Shown here: positions 30,783-37,741 of the stretch, piece after piece
Position numbering within the stretch: the first letter of the stretch is position 1
Layout of the letters: each line of letters begins with the position of its first letter
Assembly: GCA_042219045.1 (NCBI GenBank)
Contig: JBDGQO010000003.1
Coordinates: forward strand, 14,193 to 78,192
Direction of reading: 5' to 3'
DNA: 64,000 bases
Source: Candidatus Bipolaricaulia bacterium
GTDB lineage: Bacteria > Bipolaricaulota > Bipolaricaulia > RBG-16-55-9
Translations under genes and position numbers: made by a program
The notes under the pieces: generated by a model
The model's database searches: none
Seen by the model: only the letters and a program-made list of their open reading frames with translations
Told to the model about the DNA's origin: nothing

Positions 30783-31491
30783 AGGCCCTCCTAACGGAAA
30801 TCATCAGTGCGAGGCCGAGCGCGATCCAGATGATCGCGCCTTGCAAGAGCGCCCCCCACGCGTCAACACCTTGCGTCATGAGCCCGTCCAGCGTCCGAAA
30901 CGGACCAATGATGCCGACAATCGGTAGCTGTTGCCCGACGCCGGTCAGGACGAGATAGGCGAAAAATCCCCCGTACTTGACGTTGAACTGCACGATATCC
31001 GACCAAGGCGCCAGTTCGAGGCGCCAACCGGCCAGGCCGAGCATCAGGCCCCAGAGGCCCAAATGCACGAGCACAAGCGTCAACGCGGTCCACGATCGCA
31101 CGTGGGCCATCATATAGGCGACCCAGGACGGCAGCGCCAGCGCCAGCGCAAAGCCCACGCGCACTGTCAGGTGTCCAAGCTGACCCCCAAGACTGAGTCG
31201 CGACTGCCAGCGGCGCTCGGCTTGGCCCATGGTTAGGGTCAACACCCCGAAGAGCAGGCAGAACAGCACGGTGTAGATCGCCAACGCTCCGCCGGCTGAA
31301 TCCGAAGCAATATTGCCGATACGCTGTTCCACAGGTAGGGCGAACAGCGCCACGATGCCGGTGAAAAGGATGTATGTGATCGTCGCCGACCACGTGGCCC
31401 GTTCGATCAAATAATCGGGCTGAAGCCGGGGCATCCCCGCCTGCAACAGCCTCGCCACGCGGCCGCGATTCGGCGTCGCCTCGTCGGTCAT
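30769..31491 (-). CDS. Polytopic membrane protein (about 6 TM, possibly ABC-2 permease-like)
   Basis: Six hydrophobic segments; tightly packed in the operon. Confidence 0.65.
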   Translation of the reverse strand: MTDEATPNRGRVARLLQAGMPRLQPDYLIERATWSATITYILFTGIVALFALPVEQRIGNIASDSAGGALAIYTVLFCLLFGVLTLTMGQAERRWQSRLSLGGQLGHLTVRVGFALALALPSWVAYMMAHVRSWTALTLVLVHLGLWGLMLGLAGWRLELAPWSDIVQFNVKYGGFFAYLVLTGVGQQLPIVGIIGPFRTLDGLMTQGVDAWGALLQGAIIWIALGLALMISVRRAYERS

Positions 31492-31492
31492 G

Positions 31493-33406
31493 TTACCAGG
31501 GCGTCACCACCAAGAGTCGCCATGTCTCGCGATATTCCATCGGTTGAACGGCAAAGCTGGGTTCCCGGACCCACGCCAGCAGCGCCCACGGGTCGCCCCG
31601 CTCGTGCAGTCGGCTATCGACGGCATCCAGGATCGTCCGCTTGGCTTCGAAGTCGAATTCGCCAGGGTTGCCGCCGCTGGCGTCCCACGGCTTTCCCATA
31701 ATCTCCGCGTCGTCCAGATCGACCTTGGCCGACGCGTCGGGGGCAATCGACGTCGTTGATCCCGCGTTGTAGTCGCCTTGGTGCCATACGAGCGGCTCCC
31801 GAAGCCGGGATTCGCTCTCATTGTAGATGCGAAGTCGCTCGGGTTCGACAGTCGAATCCCCAACCGGCTCCACCCGAACGTCCAGGCGACGGACCCGTTC
31901 GATGGCCACGTCGTAGATCTGCCGAGGCGGAAGCGTGCCCGAACGGGGTTCAACAACGGTTCCTGCGTTTCTGAGCGCCACGTCAGTCCGTTGCAACGGG
32001 GTTACGGCCGCGCCGGTCGGCAACCTCCAACGGGGCGAAAGGCGGCGTTTCGCCAGGGCGCTGTGGCCGGTCGCCTCATGCACGAGGCCCGATCTCGCAC
32101 TGCCCCACATGATGCCGGCTTCGAGGGTCTGGACTCGTTCGGTGAAGGCGGGCTGACCGCTGTAGCCGACCACAAACGCCGTCGCCAGAACGATCCAGAC
32201 CACCATGCCCATCCACAGACGATTCCCTTCTGTCGCGGAAGGCACGTGATCGTCTGCGGACGTCGTTGAGCCAACGGGCGGTCCGCCGCTGCTCCACGGC
32301 GTGCGTCGCAGGGCCCAGAGCATGAGCAGACCGATGCCGAACACGTAGGCCGTGAACGCACCCGCAACGACGACCTTATCGGGATAGTACAACGGCATGC
32401 GACGGAACAGTTCAGCGCCTAACTCGAACGAGCCATCCAGTTCCGTTTGCCTGGGTGCCAGCCGAGACCAGATCTCCGACTGAGCAGGGCCGGCCTCAGT
32501 GAGCGATAGCGCGGAGAATGACACTTCGCCGCGGCCGACGTGCCAGCGCGTCAACAGCGGATGCCCGTCGTCGGCATAGACAACTTGGCCTCTGGCTTCG
32601 CCTTGGGCCGTGCGGGCACCGAACGTCTCCAGCGACGCCACCGATTCGACGCGGAACGGAATCAGCTCGTTCAGCCAGTCCGCATCCTGGCGATAGGCGT
32701 TGCCGCCCGAGAGGACGATAAGCTCGCCGCCACTGACCACCCATTGGCGAATCGCGGCCTGCTGATTCTCGGAGAGCCGGGTCACGTTTAGCCGACCCAC
32801 GTAAAGCCGCTTGACGCCGCCGTAGGCACGCCAGTCTTGGGGAAGATCGGTGGCGTTGAGTTGGATCGTGATCTCGCCGGTGGGAAGTTCTTGGAGGTAG
32901 CCCGTATCGCTTGCCATCAGGACCAGCCCGCGGCGGCGTCGATTTTCGAGGGCCAGTTCGCGGCGGGCGAGTGCCTGTCCGTTCGAGCGGAGTTCAACAG
33001 CCAACTCCGGAGATTCGCCACCGGGGGGCGGGTCGCCGTACAGCGGAAGATAGAATGTGTAGCGGACCTGTGCCTTCGGCCCGAGCGTTACGGAGCGCGT
33101 TGCTTCGATCGTGCGCGGCTCTTTCGTCGACGGACGCCACAGCGGACGCCACGTCTGACGCACGATCAGCTCTCCATCGATGGGCACGCCCTCGTGGTCG
33201 ATCTCAATAGTGACCGGAGTGGTCTCACCGGGAGTGAAGACGCCCTTGAAGCCGACGCTGACGTCAAGCGAGGGTGCCGATTGGGCCATGACGGTTGACC
33301 CGGAAGCGACGGCGATCACGATCCCGAGTAGCACGACGATGGAGCATGCCACCCTTCGGCATTGTCGTTGAGCCCGTCGCCATGTTGAGCCGTCGGCCAC
33401 GCTCAT
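31493..33406 (-). CDS. Exported/membrane protein with glutamine amidotransferase-like domain
   Basis: Signal-like N-terminus; DLPQDWRAYGGV..LSENQQAAIRQWVVSGG, VGRGEV; two internal TM segments; GAGGAGG SD. Confidence 0.7.
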   Translation of the reverse strand: MSVADGSTWRRAQRQCRRVACSIVVLLGIVIAVASGSTVMAQSAPSLDVSVGFKGVFTPGETTPVTIEIDHEGVPIDGELIVRQTWRPLWRPSTKEPRTIEATRSVTLGPKAQVRYTFYLPLYGDPPPGGESPELAVELRSNGQALARRELALENRRRRGLVLMASDTGYLQELPTGEITIQLNATDLPQDWRAYGGVKRLYVGRLNVTRLSENQQAAIRQWVVSGGELIVLSGGNAYRQDADWLNELIPFRVESVASLETFGARTAQGEARGQVVYADDGHPLLTRWHVGRGEVSFSALSLTEAGPAQSEIWSRLAPRQTELDGSFELGAELFRRMPLYYPDKVVVAGAFTAYVFGIGLLMLWALRRTPWSSGGPPVGSTTSADDHVPSATEGNRLWMGMVVWIVLATAFVVGYSGQPAFTERVQTLEAGIMWGSARSGLVHEATGHSALAKRRLSPRWRLPTGAAVTPLQRTDVALRNAGTVVEPRSGTLPPRQIYDVAIERVRRLDVRVEPVGDSTVEPERLRIYNESESRLREPLVWHQGDYNAGSTTSIAPDASAKVDLDDAEIMGKPWDASGGNPGEFDFEAKRTILDAVDSRLHERGDPWALLAWVREPSFAVQPMEYRETWRLLVVTPW

Positions 33407-33443
33407 CGGTCCTCCTCATCCGGATCGGAACGGGTGAAAGGTT

Positions 33444-33472
33444 AGATTAAGGCTCGATTCGCTAAGCGTCAA
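33444..33472 (-). promoter_or_regulatory. Sigma-70-type promoter of the MoxR/VWA operon
   Basis: Minus strand TTGACG, 17 bp spacer, TAATCT. Confidence 0.6.
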
Positions 33473-33606
33473 ATGCGTTACGGGATCCGTCGTCCCGTTG
33501 CAGACGGGCGGCTCCAAGTAGCTCTGGCCAAATCCGTTCCCGCGCTGCTCCGTTGTCGCAGTCCGATTGACAGGTGGTGCCCCTGATCCCGTATGCTGGA
33601 TCTCCC

Positions 33607-34638
33607 ATGAACGGCGATATCGTGGAGATCGACGGGTCGAGCGGGGGCGGGTCCGTCGTCCGGTTGGGCGTCGGCTTGGCCGCCGCTCGGGGCCAACCGA
33701 TTCGGATCGTCAACATCCGGGGGGCTCGCAAGAACCCGGGCCTCAAAGCCCAACACCTGGCCGGCGTCCGTGCCGTGGCCGATCTGTGCAACGCCGAACT
33801 CACCGGGGCTGAACTCCACTCGCGCGAGCTGACGTTCGTCCCTGGCACCGACTGGGCGTCACGCGTCGATCTGTCCATTCCGACCTCCGGCTCGGTCGGC
33901 CTGGCGCTTCAGCCCCTCCAAATCGCCATGCTTAGGGCGGATCGCGATGTGACGGTCCGCGTGGATGGCGGCGGGACCGTGACCAAATGGGCACCGCCGC
34001 TGCCGTATCTGGTCCATGTCACCCAACGCATGCTGGCCGAGTGGGGCCAACCGGTCGAGATTTGGACCGAGCGGCACGGCTTCTTTCCCAAGGGCGGGGC
34101 CCGTGTCCAGGCCCGAGTTCCTCCTCCAACGACGGATCGCGGGCTGGAGTTGCTCGATCGAGGCGGCCTCACGCGGATTGAGGGCCGGTCGCTGGCGAGC
34201 GAGGCGTTGCGCGAGCGCGAGGTGGCCGAGCGCCAGGCGCAAGCCGCTGAGAGCGAACTCCGTGAGATGTTTTCGGATGTGCCCGTCCATGTTGAGCCGT
34301 CCTACGTTGACACGGCCTCCATCGGGACGGGCGTCGTGTTGTGGGCGGTGTTTGAGCGAGCGATGCTCGGTGCCGATGCCCTCGGCAAAAAGGGCAAACT
34401 GGCCGAACACGTCGGCGGTGAAGCGGCTCGCGCCCTGATCGAGGAGGTGAACGCCGACGCGACGGTCGACGTCCACCTGGCCGATCAGCTCATTCCGTAT
34501 TTGGCGCTTTATGGCGGGGCGCTCCGCAGTCGAATGTGGACGGACCATATTGGCATCGCCACGGACGTCGTCCGGCAGATGACAGGCGCTACACCCTCCG
34601 TCTCCGCCGAGAACGGACTACATCGAATTTCGTATTAG
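33607..34638 (+). CDS. rtcA: RNA 3'-terminal phosphate cyclase
   Basis: EIDGS-GGG, NIRGARKNPGLKAQHL, GFFPKGG, VAERQ, catalytic His motif VDVHLADQLIPYLAL; start moved to MNGDIVE. Confidence 0.92.
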   Translation: MNGDIVEIDGSSGGGSVVRLGVGLAAARGQPIRIVNIRGARKNPGLKAQHLAGVRAVADLCNAELTGAELHSRELTFVPGTDWASRVDLSIPTSGSVGLALQPLQIAMLRADRDVTVRVDGGGTVTKWAPPLPYLVHVTQRMLAEWGQPVEIWTERHGFFPKGGARVQARVPPPTTDRGLELLDRGGLTRIEGRSLASEALREREVAERQAQAAESELREMFSDVPVHVEPSYVDTASIGTGVVLWAVFERAMLGADALGKKGKLAEHVGGEAARALIEEVNADATVDVHLADQLIPYLALYGGALRSRMWTDHIGIATDVVRQMTGATPSVSAENGLHRISY

Positions 34639-34644
34639 CGCGAA

Positions 34645-35178
34645 TCAGTACGGACCACCATCGTCGGATGACGAATCCTCGTTCGGCACGACCTCGAGAA
34701 GGGCGTGCATGCCTTGATTGAAGTGGCTACCGGAGGTGTCGTGGCCGACATGGCAGCTCAGATGGAAAGTCAAGCTTTGCCCGTCTTCGACCGTCAGGAA
34801 CTCGGGAGTCATCCGGATCTCCAACGACTCCCCCGGAGCCACGGAACGAACCTTTGACTTGCCCAGCGTCCCGTCCTCCGGCGACTGATCGTTGAAAAGC
34901 GAGCTGACGACCTGATGCGTGATCTCCGCCGTATTCTCGAAGACGAGCGTATGGGCTTGATTATTCGTGAGCTGGGCCACAACGGTAGGATTGTCCGTCG
35001 AGTTGGACCGTCCCTCGGGGCCTTCGAAGTAGAAGCTGCCCACCTCAATCGTGATCCGCTTGCTGGTGTCCTGCGCCCGGGCTTCCACGGGAAGCAACGG
35101 ACCGGACGCGAGATGTGCCGCGGTCGCGGCTACGAGGATTAGCGGCAACCCGATCGATGTCCATCGCCGAACGTTCAT
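34645..35178 (-). CDS. Exported cupredoxin-like protein
   Basis: Start MNVRRW (GGAGG SD); signal peptide ending ARA-Q; FEN..H, VAPGES, C-x9-H-x4-M (SCHVGHDTSGSHFNQGM) resembling a type-1 Cu site. Confidence 0.7.
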   Translation of the reverse strand: MNVRRWTSIGLPLILVAATAAHLASGPLLPVEARAQDTSKRITIEVGSFYFEGPEGRSNSTDNPTVVAQLTNNQAHTLVFENTAEITHQVVSSLFNDQSPEDGTLGKSKVRSVAPGESLEIRMTPEFLTVEDGQSLTFHLSCHVGHDTSGSHFNQGMHALLEVVPNEDSSSDDGGPY

Positions 35179-35290
35179 CTGAACCAACCTCCGCAGTGTC
35201 ATGTTAGATCTGTTTAACGCTTGTCTTGATTCGAGCCGTGGCGGTCAAATTGCAACCAACCGCCGGTCAAATCTGGGTCAAGGAGTGAGG

Positions 35291-35905
35291 CTATTCAATG
35301 CTTTCCACCCATTCCAGGATCGCCCGCGCGCTGCCTTGGGTGGGCTGATCCACCTCCTCGCGGGAGCCGAGCGCGGCAATGAGCATCGCCTGCGCCTGAC
35401 GAACGTGCCTAGCGGCAGCCTCCGCATCGTCTTCCACGGCCTTGAGGGCTTTCACGAGGTTGCCCGCGGCCCACTGGAGAAAGAGGTCCACGTTCTCCGC
35501 CGTCATCTTATAGTCCGTGCCCTGCGACATGTCATCGATGATGTCTCGCATCTGTTGAGCATGCTCAAGGGCGCCTGTGCTGCTGTCGGAATCGCCGTAT
35601 GAATCGTCGTAGTGGTCACCGTTGGGGCCCTCCAAAATGTTGATCGCCCGACGGACGTTGGCAATGCTGCCTTCAATGTCGTCGGACAAGTTGAGTGCCT
35701 GCCAGGCCAGAAGCACGAAGTTCAGGGCTTCAGATGTCTTCGCGATGACCGCATTCGCGTGCTCTTGGAGATTTTGCAAGGTCTCATCCGACACGGATCC
35801 CCACTGTGACATGGAGATGGTCCCCAAGCTGCTCAGCGATAGTCCAATCAACAGTCCGATGATCAATCCGCGCCGAATCCACCGGCGTCGTGACATGCGT
35901 GACAT
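35291..35905 (-). CDS. Exported helical protein of unknown function
   Basis: AAGGAGG SD before MSRMSRRRW; basic N-region plus hydrophobic core; amphipathic helices. Confidence 0.75.
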   Translation of the reverse strand: MSRMSRRRWIRRGLIIGLLIGLSLSSLGTISMSQWGSVSDETLQNLQEHANAVIAKTSEALNFVLLAWQALNLSDDIEGSIANVRRAINILEGPNGDHYDDSYGDSDSSTGALEHAQQMRDIIDDMSQGTDYKMTAENVDLFLQWAAGNLVKALKAVEDDAEAAARHVRQAQAMLIAALGSREEVDQPTQGSARAILEWVESIE

Positions 35906-35945
35906 GGCAATCCACCCTCCTTCAGCAGGTAGCGATTCTCTGAGG

Positions 35946-36947
35946 TCATGCGGCATCTCCTTCGCCATCGGTCGAGGGCGCTCCCTCCGTGGAGAGCTTG
36001 TAGCCGAACCCGCGCACGGTCACAATCAGTTCGGGATAGCTTGCGTCCCGCTCCAGCTTCTGGCGGAGGAGATAGACGTATTGCTTGACGTCCTTCGAGG
36101 TCGGAGCCGCCGCGTTCCCCGATGCCCAGACTTCCTCGAGGATCTCGCGGTTGGAGAAGACGCGGCCGGGTTCCGAGGCCAAGAGACGAACGAGGTCGTA
36201 CTCCGTGGGCGTCAGCTCCACGGCTCGGTCGTCAACATAGACCTCCTTGCCCCGCGGATCGATCTGGAGAGCGCCGAGGCGGATCCAGTCGTCGTGATTG
36301 GTCTCCATGGATTCCGTCGCTTGCGCAGGCTTCTCTGGACGGCCAGAATCGGACACAGGGGACGCTTCGGTCCCGCGCGGGCGAGTCCGGATCAGATAGA
36401 GCCCAGCAGCCAGACTGACCGTCAGAACGATCGCAAAGCCGACGCCAATGGTCAACAGCGCTTCGGACTGGAGCGCGCTCCGCACTCGCTCCAGGGAGAA
36501 GCCGATGCGCACGTAGCTCGGTTCCCTCAACCCGCTCGAGCCGTTCTGTCCATCAAGCGGCCGAATCAATTCGAGGTAGGCCCGTCCGCTCTCGAGCCTG
36601 CGTTGGCGACGTTGGCGTTGCCCCAGGTTGTCGATGATCGCCAGATCGGCGTTGAGAGCCGCCTCCGTGCGATCTTCCGCAATGGCGATGCCGTTCCGAA
36701 CGACTTGAGCAAACAGGACGTCGCCGCGCACGAACGCCTGGGTCAACGTCTGCACGTGGGCCGCGTCCGAGGCTTGATCCACCGACTCGGTGAAGATTTG
36801 CGCGGATAGTGACGCTCGCGACTCGAATTGGGCGCGAAAGCTTTCATGGAATCGGGATAGGTGAAGCGCTCCCAACGTCGCGGTCAGCACGAGCGCAAGC
36901 CCCGCGAACAGCGTCGCCCAGACGGCGGACCGCCGCCATCGCGTCAT
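35946..36947 (-). CDS. Membrane-bound one-component regulator: TM-sensor-TM-OmpR/PhoB winged helix
   Basis: Two TM helices around an about 130-aa loop; C-terminal LTPTEYDLVRLLASEPGRVFSNREILEEVW..LRQKLE..IVTVRGFGYK; no receiver domain; GAGGGG SD. Confidence 0.85.
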   Translation of the reverse strand: MTRWRRSAVWATLFAGLALVLTATLGALHLSRFHESFRAQFESRASLSAQIFTESVDQASDAAHVQTLTQAFVRGDVLFAQVVRNGIAIAEDRTEAALNADLAIIDNLGQRQRRQRRLESGRAYLELIRPLDGQNGSSGLREPSYVRIGFSLERVRSALQSEALLTIGVGFAIVLTVSLAAGLYLIRTRPRGTEASPVSDSGRPEKPAQATESMETNHDDWIRLGALQIDPRGKEVYVDDRAVELTPTEYDLVRLLASEPGRVFSNREILEEVWASGNAAAPTSKDVKQYVYLLRQKLERDASYPELIVTVRGFGYKLSTEGAPSTDGEGDAA

Positions 36948-36984
36948 GGCCGTTTTCCCCCTCTTTGCCTGCGAAACGTCAAAT

Positions 36985-37013
36985 ATGCTACCGGCTCTCG
37001 GAGGCCCGGACAA
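36985..37013 (-). promoter_or_regulatory. Sigma-70-type promoter of the regulator gene
   Basis: Minus strand TTGTCC, 17 bp spacer, TAGCAT. Confidence 0.5.
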
Positions 37014-37046
37014 TGGAAGGCTTTTGGAGCGCATTTCGGGGGAAGC

Positions 37047-37085
37047 GGGACGCGGTCGACGCGGCTAGGCGGTCGACCGCGTCCC
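37047..37085 (-). terminator. 14-bp perfect stem-loop downstream of the CHRD gene
   Basis: GGGACGCGGTCGAC, 11 nt loop, GTCGACCGCGTCCC; no clear U-tract. Confidence 0.55.
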
Positions 37086-37109
37086 GGGGTCTAAGGGGTG
37101 GTCACCTCG

Positions 37110-37616
37110 CTACTGAGGCGTGATTTGGCCGCGAATCTCGCCGGGTTCGTTCAGCGGCGTGTGAATGTTGAAGTAGAGCTTGCCCGTCATTAGCGGTTGA
37201 ACCATGTCCTCTGGGACGTCCCACGTCCCCTGGAGAAAGCCACTGGCGCCCGGGCACTCGCCGACGATGGCCGGCTCCGGACCGCCGCAAATGGTCTGCA
37301 CGACGGGCCCAGCGGTGCCGGGCGCGCCGTTGTGGAAGTGCGCCGCCACGGCCGCATCGCTCAAGCCTCGGTAGGAAAAGGCGAACTGGAGCGTCCCCTC
37401 GTCGGGGTTGTACAAGAGCGTCCCCGAGCCGACCGCCGTCGCGGGCGTCTCCGCGGCGGGCGTGGGGACCTCTTGGGTGGCTGTGATCGTCGTGGAGAAG
37501 ACGACGGTGCTGCTTGGCGTCTCGCTGCCCATCTGTCCGATGGTGCTCACGGACGCCATCAGCAGCACGCCGAGGCTCAACACCCCGATCGTCCTTAGCG
37601 AGCGTGTCACGTCCAT
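37110..37616 (-). CDS. Exported CHRD domain protein
   Basis: Signal peptide; QEVP, GSGTL, GLS..AAHFHNGAPGTAGPVV, LYFNIHT..P.GEIRGQI. Confidence 0.92.
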   Translation of the reverse strand: MDVTRSLRTIGVLSLGVLLMASVSTIGQMGSETPSSTVVFSTTITATQEVPTPAAETPATAVGSGTLLYNPDEGTLQFAFSYRGLSDAAVAAHFHNGAPGTAGPVVQTICGGPEPAIVGECPGASGFLQGTWDVPEDMVQPLMTGKLYFNIHTPLNEPGEIRGQITPQ

Positions 37617-37642
37617 GCGACGACCCCCTCTCTCGGATGGGT

Positions 37643-37662
37643 TTAGGTTACGCACAACCTAA
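37643..37662. promoter_or_regulatory. Inverted repeat operator candidate upstream of the CHRD gene
   Basis: TTAGGTT-N6-AACCTAA, perfect 7-bp AT-rich arms in a GC-rich background. Confidence 0.5.
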
Positions 37663-37741
37663 GGCAACCGGGGTCAAGAGGGAACCAATAGGCGGTCAAA
37701 TCGTCGTCAATGGCTGGGCATGGACGATATGGGGGTATCGA

